Source: Polyangiaceae bacterium (GTDB taxonomy: Bacteria > Myxococcota_A > Polyangia > Polyangiales > Polyangiaceae). Taken from it: a stretch of DNA of 64,000 nucleotides. The stretch spans positions 256,001-320,000 of the forward strand of contig CBDCTZ010000015.1 of NCBI GenBank assembly GCA_965222375.1, read 5' to 3'. The notes beneath the pieces were generated by a model. That model worked only from the letters and a program-made list of their open reading frames with translations. It was not told where the DNA came from and did no database searches. The position numbers were made by a program, and so were the translations under genes. Positions 7,816-17,681 of the stretch are shown one piece after another (position 1 is the first letter of the stretch; the number at the start of each line of letters is the position of its first letter).

Positions 7816-9138
7816 ACGCATGCGCATGCCATGGCGCGGCGTAAGGGTTATCCGCGGCAAGGGCTGGACTTTCTGACCCGGCGCGACTCGGGCGCTAAAG
7901 CGCTGCGCCAAGGTGGCGAGAATGATCTTCGCCTCGATCATCGCGAACACTTTGCCGATGCAGGCGCGCGGCCCGGCTCCGAAAGGTAGGTACGCTCCCT
8001 TGCGCTGCCTGGCCTTGGCATCTGGGGCAAAGCGTTCGGGCTTGAAGGCGTCCGGCAGCGGGAACCAACGCGGGTCGTGATGCGCCCAGTAGATCCACAG
8101 CGCTAGCTCGGTGCCTGCCGCAACCGCCCGGCCCCCCACTTCGGTATCCTTCTCGGCGCGACGCGCCACCATGTATACGGGCGGGTACAACCGCATCGCC
8201 TCCTCGAGCACTTGCTCCGTGTAGGTGAGTCGCTCGAGGTCTTCGTAACTCGGCGCGCGACCGGACAGCTCCCGCGAAAGCTCTGCGTGCAGCTTGGATT
8301 CGACCTCGGGGTGTTCGGCCAGCAAGTACCAAGTCCAAGTCAACGCCTGAGACGTCGTTTCATGCCCGGCCAAGAACATCGTGACCAGTTGATCCCGCAC
8401 CTCTGTTTCTGTCAGCCCGGAGCCATCGCCTTCTTCGTCCACGGCGGCGAGCAACCGCGCGAGCAAGTCCGCCCGCGCCTGCGCCAGCTCTGCTTTGCGC
8501 TCTCGGATCATGCGATAGATGATGGCGTCGAGGCTTTGCACCGCCTCCTGCAGCGCCTTGCGCCCAGGTACGGGTAGCCAGGACGGCAACACGTCCGGCC
8601 GGGCAATGGAGTCCTGAAACGCACACATGGCGCGCGCAACATCGGCACGGTCCAAACTAGAATCGTGGCTGAACAGAGTTTGGCACACGATGTCCAGCGT
8701 CAGCCCCATCATGGCATCGCTCATATCGATCTGTCGCGGCGGCTCGAGCTCACGCGCGACCCGTTCTGCTTCGGCCCGCATGACGTCGGCGTATTCGATC
8801 AAGCGAGGACGTTGGAACGCCGGTTGAATCATGCGTCGGTGTCGCCGCCACACCTCGCCGTCCGAATTGAGCAGCCCGTTGCCCAGAACACGACCCAATT
8901 GCTCAAAGGCGGTGTGCTGCTTGGAAAAATGCGCGGCTTTGTCGACAAGCACCTCGTACAGGTGGTCCGGGTGTCGCAGGACCAACAGCCCATCACCATG
9001 GGCCACGTAGTACATGTCCCCGAAGCGCTGGAAGCGACTGCCGACGAAGCCCAGTGGGCGGCGTGCAAAGCCAACCAAAGTTTTGATGCGCCCGAGAGTG
9101 CCGGGTTTGGGGCCGGGCACTGGCCCTGATGCGTGCAT
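7807..9138 (-). CDS. Cytochrome P450
   Basis: AGHETT, EAMRLYPP (ExxR), PERF, FGAGPRACIG heme-Cys motif; ATG overlaps upstream stop (TGATG). Confidence 0.96.
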   Translation of the reverse strand: MHASGPVPGPKPGTLGRIKTLVGFARRPLGFVGSRFQRFGDMYYVAHGDGLLVLRHPDHLYEVLVDKAAHFSKQHTAFEQLGRVLGNGLLNSDGEVWRRHRRMIQPAFQRPRLIEYADVMRAEAERVARELEPPRQIDMSDAMMGLTLDIVCQTLFSHDSSLDRADVARAMCAFQDSIARPDVLPSWLPVPGRKALQEAVQSLDAIIYRMIRERKAELAQARADLLARLLAAVDEEGDGSGLTETEVRDQLVTMFLAGHETTSQALTWTWYLLAEHPEVESKLHAELSRELSGRAPSYEDLERLTYTEQVLEEAMRLYPPVYMVARRAEKDTEVGGRAVAAGTELALWIYWAHHDPRWFPLPDAFKPERFAPDAKARQRKGAYLPFGAGPRACIGKVFAMIEAKIILATLAQRFSARVAPGQKVQPLPRITLTPRHGMRMRLS

Positions 9139-9659
9139 CAAGGTTTCGGGCCGCACTTGCCAGCGATGCAATCAGGGTCCGCGGGGATCGCGGCACAGCA
9201 GCCGCAACCGCTCACGCAGTTCGAGAGGGAGGCATTCAGTGAAGTCCACTTGGCCTTGTCATGAGTCGACTTCAGATACACCACGCAGCAGTCTTCTTGT
9301 GCCTGCCAGCACTGCGCCGTCGCCGTCACGCAGTCCGACGGCGACGAGCAATCCTTGTTCGCCGCGATGAAGTCGCCCATTTCCTTTTCAATGGAGGAGC
9401 AATTCGGCGCCCCCGCGCTTCCGCCGGTACTGCCAGCACTTCCGCCGCTGCTTCCGGCGCTACCTCCCGTCGCGCCACCAGCGCCGCCGCTCGCTCCAGC
9501 GCTTCCACCGCTGGCTCCGGCACTTCCGCTAGCGCCGCCACCTGTTCCACCCTCGGAGCCACCAGTTCCGCCGCCGTCCGAGTCAGTTTCTCCGCAGCCC
9601 GCGACGGCCAGGGGAACGGAGGACAAGAGGCACAGTGTGACTGCTTTGGCGATGCTCAT
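9138..9659 (-). CDS. Hypothetical lipoprotein with Gly/Ser linker and Cys-rich domain
   Basis: Lipobox VAGC; GGSAG repeats; multiple Cys. Confidence 0.8.
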   Translation of the reverse strand: MSIAKAVTLCLLSSVPLAVAGCGETDSDGGGTGGSEGGTGGGASGSAGASGGSAGASGGAGGATGGSAGSSGGSAGSTGGSAGAPNCSSIEKEMGDFIAANKDCSSPSDCVTATAQCWQAQEDCCVVYLKSTHDKAKWTSLNASLSNCVSGCGCCAAIPADPDCIAGKCGPKP

Positions 9660-9829
9660 GGCCAGAGCCTACCGCGAGCCTAGAGGACATTCCATGCCGC
9701 AGGCCTGCGCTTGGTCATGGCGCTGGGGTGTTCCGGATGCTGGTTTGGGTCGAGGGACGCGCTTCGCGATACCCAACGGGAGTGCAGTCTCACCCTGGCA
9801 CTCGAAGGTGCGCATCCCGCCCTGGGCGC

Positions 9830-11104
9830 TCAGAGTCGCCCCGAGAAGTCCGAGATGTGGCCAGCGTAGCCTATGGTCACGATGTAGGCCCGCGCGCCCA
9901 TGAGCTCTCGGTACTCGAAGCCTAGCTCGAAGCCATCGCGGGCTTCGCTATAACCGCCTTCTCGGTCACGATTCGCAACCACGACGTGCAGAGCGCCGGA
10001 AAGCTCATCTCCGAAAGGCGCGAGATTAGAGCCCTGCTTCCGCTCATCCGCCGCGACCACCCAACCCTCCCGAAGAGTCAGTTTGGTGGCGATGAGGTGA
10101 GTCAGATCGATGGAGGCGGCGACTTCGATCGGGAACGTGACTCCAAATGGCACCGTGGTTGTGACACCTTCGACGCCAGGGCCACTGCTGACCCCAATGC
10201 CGAACCGTTCACCGATCACGACGCCCAAGCCAATCATGAGCTGGAGCTCGTAGGAAAACCCGCTGCCCCCGCCGAGGGCTGCGTCCACGCCTCCAAAGAT
10301 CCCGATGGGTGTCGCCTCTCCCATCGCGCGCATGCTGAGCGCCGCGTTGACCGCATTCAGATTCTCCGGGAGCTCCCCTGCCTTGTCCGCGTGAACGCCC
10401 TCCAGGCGAAGCGCGCCGTCAAAGTAGTTGCGCAGCTCTCGATAGCGCTTGCGCTTGATTCGTGATGGGTCATGCAAGCTCGCCGGTCCGATGCTCTCGA
10501 GCCACGGAATCGGCAACTCCGTGGGCTGGATTCGCTCAGTCTGGGGAAGCGTCAGATCAATGCGGATGCGCGTGACAGTCGTGCGCTGCTCCAGCTGCCT
10601 GACCAGAATTCGCCGATGTTCAGCTTCTCGCGCAGCGGAGTTGCGGGCGCGCTCCAGAGCCAGACCGTCCTGGACGCCGGTGGCCCGCATGCGCAGCATG
10701 CGCTCGTGGCTTGCGTTTGCCACGCGCCAAGCACCTCGCGCTCGTTCCAGCCGTTGGCTGATGTCACGGGTAGTCACCCGCCGGGAACGGACCTCACCGA
10801 GCCCCCTGATGGCACCAAGGACCGCGTCCACTTCCGCAGGCGGCACGTCCATCTCGACCAGGTTTTCCGAGTCGCGGGCGAGGCGACCGTAACGGCTAGC
10901 GAGCCTGCGCAACTCCGTATGGGCCAACTCGCTACTCTCCGCGAATAACCTGACACGAACCGTGCGTGCCAACGCATGGGTGCTTTCGGCAATCTGCACG
11001 GGCTCCGCCTTCGACGTGCTGCTCCATCCCAGCAACGCAGCCAGCAAGAAGAGGAATCGCCCACAGGTCACCCTCCGTTCGTAGCATGAAAAGCACCGAG
11101 TCAT
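9830..11104 (-). CDS. Secreted protein with DUF4349-like N-terminus and beta-rich C-terminus
   Basis: Signal peptide; LGEVRSRRVTTRDIS...LE..coiled coil..TRIRIDL pattern; alternating beta-strand C-terminus. Confidence 0.6.
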   Translation of the reverse strand: MTRCFSCYERRVTCGRFLFLLAALLGWSSTSKAEPVQIAESTHALARTVRVRLFAESSELAHTELRRLASRYGRLARDSENLVEMDVPPAEVDAVLGAIRGLGEVRSRRVTTRDISQRLERARGAWRVANASHERMLRMRATGVQDGLALERARNSAAREAEHRRILVRQLEQRTTVTRIRIDLTLPQTERIQPTELPIPWLESIGPASLHDPSRIKRKRYRELRNYFDGALRLEGVHADKAGELPENLNAVNAALSMRAMGEATPIGIFGGVDAALGGGSGFSYELQLMIGLGVVIGERFGIGVSSGPGVEGVTTTVPFGVTFPIEVAASIDLTHLIATKLTLREGWVVAADERKQGSNLAPFGDELSGALHVVVANRDREGGYSEARDGFELGFEYRELMGARAYIVTIGYAGHISDFSGRL

Positions 11105-11302
11105 GGTCGTTCCACGTCGCCGGACGCACGCCTGGGAAATGCTAGGCTAACCGCCATGGCGACCCGGTAGTCCCGCGCTCTCGTCGTAGAGGACGACACG
11201 GTTCCTCACACTCTTGAAGACCCGTGTTGGCGGAGGCGGCCGATTGACATCCGCGAACTGTTCGACTCCGCGCGCACTGCTCTAGCGCCCATCTAGAAAA
11301 CC

Positions 11303-12730
11303 ATGAGGAAACGAAACTCGATCAAGCCCAGCAGCCGAGGCCCCTTTGCCGGTTTCCAGTTGGCAACCTTGGCGGCCGTCGCGTCCTTGGGCTGCGGAGA
11401 CTCGGAGGCCGACTCGGCGAAGAAGCCGACGTTTCAACCCACGACTGTCGTGCCGACACCCCGGGCGGAGAACGCTCGCGGCTTCCTAGAACGGCGCGGA
11501 CTGATTCACGCCCACACTGTCTACTCCCACGACGCCTGTGACGGTGAGCCGCGAGACCCAAAAACCGACGCCATAGATGAGGTGTGCCTCGAGGACTTCC
11601 GCCGGGGGGTTTGTCAGACCCAGCATGACTTCGTGATGCTCACCGACCATGGCGAGAGCTTCACGAGAACGGAGTTCCCGGACGTGCTGCTCTACGACAG
11701 CGCCAAAGGTGACAAGCTGATCGAGCGCGGCGGAAGCCCCGTGGCCAATTGGCTCGCATGCCCGGAAGGCGATCCGGCGCTGCTCATGGCCGGCACGGAG
11801 ACCGAAACGATGCCAGTTGGTTTGGAGGGGCACGTCGCAGCGACGGAGGCCGAGCGGGACGTTGTCTACGGCCAGAAGACTCCGGAGGCAATCGAGAAAC
11901 TCAAGGCCGGCGGCGCCGTTTCCTTACTGCAACACACCGAGGACTGGACCGTGGACGAGCTTGCGACGCTCCCCATCGACGGCTTCGAAATGTACAACTT
12001 GCACGCCAATACCTTCGCCGCGGTGGGCGCGGTGTTGGAGCTCGCAGGCAAGATCCCGAGACCGGAAGAACTTCCCCACCCGGACCTTGTCTTCCTGCCT
12101 ATCTGGAACGAAGACCCGGCCTACCTTGAGCGCTGGGGCGGTGCCCTCGCTCGAGGCGTCAAGCGAGTCGGCACCATGGGTACGGACTGCCACCGCAACA
12201 GCGTTCCGGGGATCCTGCCAGACGGCGAGCGCGTCGACAGCTATCGGCGCATGATGGTATGGTTCTCGAACCACTTGCTGGTGAAACCCAATGCCGAGGG
12301 GTCCTTCGACGATCGGAGCTTGAAGGACGCTTTGCGTGCCGGGCGGCTGTATGGGGCCTTCGAGTTCATGGGCTACCCGCACGGCTTCGACTACCACGCT
12401 GAAAGCGCAGGCAGCCTGCACGAGATGGGAGCGGAGTTGAAGCTCTCGGATGGCGTCCGCCTCCTTGCCACGGCACCCAAGGTGCTGGGGCTGTCGAGCG
12501 CAGACAAGCAACCGGAAATCCGTACGGTCGTGTGGCGCGCGAAGGACGGCGGCTGGGACCAAGTTGCTGAGGGCGAGAGCTCCGTGGAGTTTGACGCAGA
12601 CCAACCCGGCGCCTATCGAGTTGAAGTCCGCATGAAGCCCCGGCACCTTGAGCGATTCCTCTCAAGCTATTCGGCTCTGGCCGGCAAAGAGTTCGTGTGG
12701 ATCTACGCGAACCCCATCTACGTGCGTTGA
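11303..12730 (+). CDS. PHP-like (CehA/McbA-type) metallohydrolase lipoprotein
   Basis: HAHTVYSHD, LTDH, QH, GTDCH metal-binding motifs; C-terminal YRVEV...WIYANPIYV. Confidence 0.8.
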   Translation: MRKRNSIKPSSRGPFAGFQLATLAAVASLGCGDSEADSAKKPTFQPTTVVPTPRAENARGFLERRGLIHAHTVYSHDACDGEPRDPKTDAIDEVCLEDFRRGVCQTQHDFVMLTDHGESFTRTEFPDVLLYDSAKGDKLIERGGSPVANWLACPEGDPALLMAGTETETMPVGLEGHVAATEAERDVVYGQKTPEAIEKLKAGGAVSLLQHTEDWTVDELATLPIDGFEMYNLHANTFAAVGAVLELAGKIPRPEELPHPDLVFLPIWNEDPAYLERWGGALARGVKRVGTMGTDCHRNSVPGILPDGERVDSYRRMMVWFSNHLLVKPNAEGSFDDRSLKDALRAGRLYGAFEFMGYPHGFDYHAESAGSLHEMGAELKLSDGVRLLATAPKVLGLSSADKQPEIRTVVWRAKDGGWDQVAEGESSVEFDADQPGAYRVEVRMKPRHLERFLSSYSALAGKEFVWIYANPIYVR

Positions 12731-12754
12731 GCACGAGGGTTCGGTGCGTGCAGC

Positions 12755-13180
12755 ATGAGTGACGACCTGTTGATCCGCCCAGGCGTATGTATTCCGGCGC
12801 GAGACTTGAGCGTTCGGGCTGTGCGCGCCTCGGGGCCGGGCGGGCAGAACGTGAACAAGGTCAGCTCGAAGGTGGAGTTGCGCTTCGACCTTCAGGGCAA
12901 CACTAGCCTACGGCCTGAAGTGCGGGCGCGTCTGAAGCGCCAGAACCCTGGCCGAGTTGCGTCCGATGGCGCCCTGCTGATCACCTGTCAGGCAACTCGT
13001 AGCCAGCAGCAGAACTTGGAAGAAGCTCGCGGAATTCTCAGCGCGCTGGTGCTGATGGCGCTCGTTGTGCCCAAGAAGCGGCGACCCACGAAGCCGTCCC
13101 GGGCGGCGAAGGCGCGCCGGCTGGATGCCAAGCGCAAGCACAGCGACAAGAAGCGCCAACGCAGTAGCAAGGACTACTGA
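12755..13180 (+). CDS. arfB: Alternative ribosome rescue peptidyl-tRNA hydrolase ArfB
   Basis: SGPGGQNVNKV GGQ motif; basic tail KKRRPTKPSRAAKARRL. Confidence 0.96.
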   Translation: MSDDLLIRPGVCIPARDLSVRAVRASGPGGQNVNKVSSKVELRFDLQGNTSLRPEVRARLKRQNPGRVASDGALLITCQATRSQQQNLEEARGILSALVLMALVVPKKRRPTKPSRAAKARRLDAKRKHSDKKRQRSSKDY

Positions 13181-13345
13181 CGCGCTGCGGTGAAATCCGG
13201 CGGCGCAGCGGTCGGAGCACCGGCACCGTCCCGGACTGCGGCAAGTCCTCTAGCTACGCCTACTGCACGCCACGCGCAGGGTGTAGCCGAACCGCTATCA
13301 GCAGGGCTCAGGAGTGCCGCTAGCTCCCTGAGCACTGAGCGCCAC

Positions 13346-14068
13346 TCACGACGCAAGCGGCGCGTGGCGCTCGACGCGGCGCATGCAGTGCACGCAGCGT
13401 GACGCTTCCGGGTGGATCCCACCGCCACAGTGGGGACAGGGCACACGCTGGGGCGGGAACTCTTCGTCTCGGGCTCGGTGTTGGGGCTCGGGTTCGAGCT
13501 TCGCCTCTGCGATCGCTTCAGGCGAGTTCGAGTCCGCATCCGTGTAGTTGACCTCGGTCTCCGCCACGGCCTCGCCAGCGGTGACGTTGCTAGCGACCGA
13601 GTGCATGGTGCCGGCTGCTTCCGCCACCCTGGGTTCGGGGATGGTGCTGGTGGCCGAAGCGGAGCGGGCGGCTCGCTGGCGCCCGCCTTCAGGAGGAACG
13701 GTCTCCTCGGCCGCAGCACTGACGTCGAGGGTTTGAGAGGGAGCAGCAACGGCGACCTGAGCCGCGCGACGCGCCTTCTTGGGGCGTGACAGCGCGTCTA
13801 GCTTGTCCTCGATGTCCAACACCGAAGGCAAGAACCGGCTCACTGCAGCGTGAAATACACCGCTGTCCCAGACCAGGGCGCCGAGGACCAGCACTGCCAT
13901 CGAAATCAAAGTGAAGCCCACGCGGTCACTCGAGCGACGCAGGCTGAGCGAAATCAACACGCCAATCATCGAGCCCACCATCACCATGATGCCAATGGCG
14001 CGGACGATCACGCTGGAGGTGCCCAGCTTGCGGGCAAAACGGAGCCGTACGTCGTTTGGATCAATCAT
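13346..14068 (-). CDS. Membrane protein with C-terminal zinc ribbon
   Basis: Two TM helices, low-complexity linker, CPHC...CVHC. Confidence 0.7.
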   Translation of the reverse strand: MIDPNDVRLRFARKLGTSSVIVRAIGIMVMVGSMIGVLISLSLRRSSDRVGFTLISMAVLVLGALVWDSGVFHAAVSRFLPSVLDIEDKLDALSRPKKARRAAQVAVAAPSQTLDVSAAAEETVPPEGGRQRAARSASATSTIPEPRVAEAAGTMHSVASNVTAGEAVAETEVNYTDADSNSPEAIAEAKLEPEPQHRARDEEFPPQRVPCPHCGGGIHPEASRCVHCMRRVERHAPLAS

Positions 14069-14542
14069 GACACGCAAGTACAGCCTATCGCCGAGTGGCG
14101 CGCGCGAACAACTGGGCGCGAAGGGCCGCAGCTTTGTGCTGTCTGAACGCACTTTGAGAACGACTCCGGGGCAGCACGATGGTGCGCGCAGACCTCTATT
14201 CCGTGGGCGCCATCGCCTTTGGCTTTTGACCGGGCGTGTGCCGATTTGGGCGCCGACCGCAGAAGCACTGCCAACCCTGAAATTGATGCGCCCGGCGCCA
14301 CGTTTGTTCGGCCATTGCGAAGGTCCAGTGTCCAATGAACTAGACGGCTGGGTGGCCGGCATGCTTTCCGCGGATCCAGCACCCGGAATCAGCTGCCACC
14401 GCGCGCGCCGAGTTGCCTACTTGCTAGGTCGTCGACGCACGCGGTGGAATGCCACAGCAAGGCCAACACGCGCAGCAAGTAGGCAATGCCCTCGTTCGGT
14501 GCTTTTCAGCAGCAGGGGCAGGATTAGACGTATGCTGCGCCG

Positions 14543-15349
14543 ATGGGACCCCAAGCCAACACGCTAATAGTCGTCCTTGCAGCGCTCGGGCTCTGCCTGA
14601 AGGTCAGCATAGCCCGCGCCGACGCGGTGCCACCTCCGCCGAAGAGCTGTCCCAAAGGGCATGTCGGCACCACGAGTCACGGCGGCCCGAAATGCGTGCT
14701 GGAGGCTCCCAAGAATTGCGCTCCAGGCTACCGCGGTGCCTTGGGCGGCAAGTGTGTCCTGGCGACGTGCTCTTCTGACGAGCAGTGCAAGGACGGGCGA
14801 CGCTGCCTCTCGGTCGACACTTGTCAGGAGTTCCGTGAGCTTCATTGGAGTGGTTGGGGGTGGGTGTCGCAACGTCCGGTCTCGCGAGACAACTTCCTCG
14901 CCGGACCGCCACGCCCTCGACCTGATGGTCCCGCCAAGAAGGCTTGGGTGAGTCTGAGCATCTGCGGCCAGGACGGGCCCTGTAAGGCCCCCGCCGAGTG
15001 CCGTCCCGAATCGCTGTGCTATCCGCCTAGTGCGATCGGAAAGACCAAGGCGAAGGTGGCAACCAGCGGCGTCCCGGAGGGTCCAGCAACACCCGACAGC
15101 AGTGCGTCGTCCGACACCACAGGAGCCGGCGGCGCCGTTACGGTGGGCGATGTCACGAATGGCGCCGGTCGGAGCAAACCCGGTGGCCCCGTCCTGGGCA
15201 CACCCACGAGCGATAGCGACGGTGGTTGCCGGAAGGGTTGCTCGGCAGCGTCGGCACCCTCACTGACTGGGTGGGCCGGGATCCCTGTGCTGGCCTGTGT
15301 GGGGTTGTTGCGCCGGAGGCGGCGTGCAGCAATCCGATCGCGACGATGA
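14543..15349 (+). CDS. Secreted Cys-rich protein with MYXO-CTERM-like tail
   Basis: Signal ending ARA-D; tail GGCRKGCSAA...hydrophobic...RRRRR. Confidence 0.75.
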   Translation: MGPQANTLIVVLAALGLCLKVSIARADAVPPPPKSCPKGHVGTTSHGGPKCVLEAPKNCAPGYRGALGGKCVLATCSSDEQCKDGRRCLSVDTCQEFRELHWSGWGWVSQRPVSRDNFLAGPPRPRPDGPAKKAWVSLSICGQDGPCKAPAECRPESLCYPPSAIGKTKAKVATSGVPEGPATPDSSASSDTTGAGGAVTVGDVTNGAGRSKPGGPVLGTPTSDSDGGCRKGCSAASAPSLTGWAGIPVLACVGLLRRRRRAAIRSRR

Positions 15350-15643
15350 TAATCCGCCATGCACCACCTCGAGGCAGAGAACCTTCGCGTGCGCGCGGTG
15401 CGCAGTGCATCAGCACGGGGTAGCTCGAGAGTAGTGCCCTTGCGGCGCCCCAGGATGCGCCCCCCAGAAGAGACCAAAGACTACGTTGGTTCAACGCGGT
15501 TCGCGGTCGTTGGGGACGATCTCCAACTCGCACTGGCCATCGTTTTCGTAGCGCACGACCCTGGGAAAGAGCCCGTGATACACGTAGTCTCCCGGGCGAC
15601 AGGATGGACCACTTCGACTCGCACAGCCGCTAAACTCCGCCCC

Positions 15644-15964
15644 ATGTCCGACGAAGTGACCTTTCGCGATTTCGCCGCCGCCATCATGCAAAACGATGTG
15701 GACGGCGCGGCAAAGACTCTGCAGCCACTCCTGTCCCTAGACGCTTCGGCAGCCGAGAGTGCAGCGAAGCACTTCCAAACTCAGATGGCGGAGCAGGGAC
15801 AGGGCTTCATGATGAAAGCTATGGGACTGCGCACCGCCGTAACTGAGGGAAGCGACACGGAGGTGGCTCAGCTTCTGGGCGACCTATTCGGCATGACGGA
15901 CGACAGCGCCAACGCGGGAGTGACTGCCCTCCGCGCAAAGTACCCGTCCGGAGCCAAAGAGTAG
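15644..15964 (+). CDS. Hypothetical protein
   Basis: MSDEVTFRDFAAAIMQ... helical, natural-looking sequence; ends 10 nt before the carbamoyltransferase. Confidence 0.7.
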   Translation: MSDEVTFRDFAAAIMQNDVDGAAKTLQPLLSLDASAAESAAKHFQTQMAEQGQGFMMKAMGLRTAVTEGSDTEVAQLLGDLFGMTDDSANAGVTALRAKYPSGAKE

Positions 15965-15974
15965 CGCCACGCGG

Positions 15975-17681
15975 ATGAAGAACTACGTCGGCCTCGCTTG
16001 CACTGTGCACGATCCGGCTGTCGCTATCGTCGATAGCAGCGGGGACGTGGTCTTTGCAGAAGGGACCGAGCGGCGCAGTCAAAACAAGCGGGCGCACCAG
16101 CGTCCCCCAGATGATCCCATCGAGATCCGCCGTATCCTGCGGAGCTATCTGGAGCCGAATGCAGAAGTAGTGGTCGCCTTGAGTTGGAGACTGCGGCGGT
16201 GGAAGAGCGTGGCAGCACGGGCGGCGTACCTAGCGTCCGAGTGGCGATTGTCCCCTCTCTTGCGGCCGACGCTGGTTGGGCAGACCAACGCCTTCGACCT
16301 GGCCGGCATGAACCTGAAGTATCGATTGCACGAAGAGGCCCCGGGGAAGAAAGAACCCGAGACCCGGGGCTACGACCACCATCTCGTGCACGCAGCGACA
16401 TCTTGCTGGTCGAGCCCATACTCGGAGGCCGTGTGCGCCGTGCTCGACGCCAACGGCGAAGCATCCTCGATGGCATTCTACGAATACCAACACGGGAAGC
16501 TGACTCGACTGGATCCCGAGCCCCTTCGAAGCTTCGGCAAGAATGGCAGTTTGGGCGCGTTCTATGCGGGGCTTTGTTTCGCCTGCGGCTTCGACCCCAT
16601 GGCGGGCGAAGAGTGGAAAGTCATGGGGCTCGCACCCTACGGCAAGAAAGACGACGCCCTGTACCGCCGCATGCGTAGTTGGTTTTCCGTGCAGGACTTG
16701 GCCCTGGAGGCGAACAACTTCGAGGTGCTGCGGCAATTCGAGGACATGCGCAAACGCCCGGGGGTCGAGCCTCTGGAGCACCGCGACCTCGCACACACCG
16801 GGCAGCTGGTCTTCGAAGACCTGGCTGCCGAGCTTCTGCAGAGCCTGGCTACCAGTGCCAGCAGCAAGAACCTGGTCTTCGCTGGAGGCTGCGCCCTCAA
16901 CTCATCTTTCAACGGCAAGATCCTCTCGCGAACGCCCTTCGAGTCCCTCTACGTGTATTCCGCACCGGCAGACGACGGAAACGCAGTCGGCGCAGCACTG
17001 CTCGCCTATCATGAAGATCATCCCGCCAGCCGTGCACCAGCACAGCCACGCTCACCGTATCTCGGCTCGGAGGTGGCAACTGAAGCGCTCGAGCGCCTGG
17101 AAAGCCTGGGCGGTTTGAAGAACACGCTGAAGAACGGCGAGAGCGCGATGCACCGGGCGGCGAAGCTACTCGCGAAGGGCAAGATCGTCGCAGTGATGCA
17201 GGGCCGGGCAGAGTTCGGCCCACGAGCACTCGGTCACCGAAGCATCTTGGCCGACCCTCGCTCGGAAACCGTGAAAGATCGCCTCAACGCCGAAGTGAAG
17301 TTCCGAGAGGAATTCCGTCCCTTTGCGCCCAGTATTCTCGCCGAATTCGTGGGCGAATGGTTCGAGGAAGGCGAGCTTTCACCGTATATGGAACGCACGC
17401 TGCGCTTTCGTCCGGAGATGGCCACGAAAGTGCCGGCGGTCGTTCATGTCGACGGAACCGGGCGCCTGCAAACGGTAACCCAGGAGATGTCGCCGAGGTT
17501 TCATGAACTCATCAGTCACTTCCACCAACTGACTTCGGTGCCGCTGGTGTTGAACACGAGCTTCAACGTGATGGGCAAACCCATCGTTCATTCCGTGGAG
17601 GATGCCGCTGCAGTGTTTTTCACTTCCGGCATCGATGCGCTAGTCATCGAGGATCGGTTGTTTAGAAAAGATGCCCGCTGA
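15975..17681 (+). CDS. Carbamoyltransferase (NodU/CmcH family)
   Basis: HDPAVA, YDHHLVHAA, EWKVMGLAPYG, AGGCALN, EFGPRALGHRSILADP, VKFREEFRPFAP, LNTSFN. Confidence 0.96.
   Translation: MKNYVGLACTVHDPAVAIVDSSGDVVFAEGTERRSQNKRAHQRPPDDPIEIRRILRSYLEPNAEVVVALSWRLRRWKSVAARAAYLASEWRLSPLLRPTLVGQTNAFDLAGMNLKYRLHEEAPGKKEPETRGYDHHLVHAATSCWSSPYSEAVCAVLDANGEASSMAFYEYQHGKLTRLDPEPLRSFGKNGSLGAFYAGLCFACGFDPMAGEEWKVMGLAPYGKKDDALYRRMRSWFSVQDLALEANNFEVLRQFEDMRKRPGVEPLEHRDLAHTGQLVFEDLAAELLQSLATSASSKNLVFAGGCALNSSFNGKILSRTPFESLYVYSAPADDGNAVGAALLAYHEDHPASRAPAQPRSPYLGSEVATEALERLESLGGLKNTLKNGESAMHRAAKLLAKGKIVAVMQGRAEFGPRALGHRSILADPRSETVKDRLNAEVKFREEFRPFAPSILAEFVGEWFEEGELSPYMERTLRFRPEMATKVPAVVHVDGTGRLQTVTQEMSPRFHELISHFHQLTSVPLVLNTSFNVMGKPIVHSVEDAAAVFFTSGIDALVIEDRLFRKDAR

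Noticed and set aside
9355..9903. Pro/Ala-rich repeat ORF on the plus strand
   Set aside because: Antisense shadow of the Gly/Ser linker in the minus-strand lipoprotein
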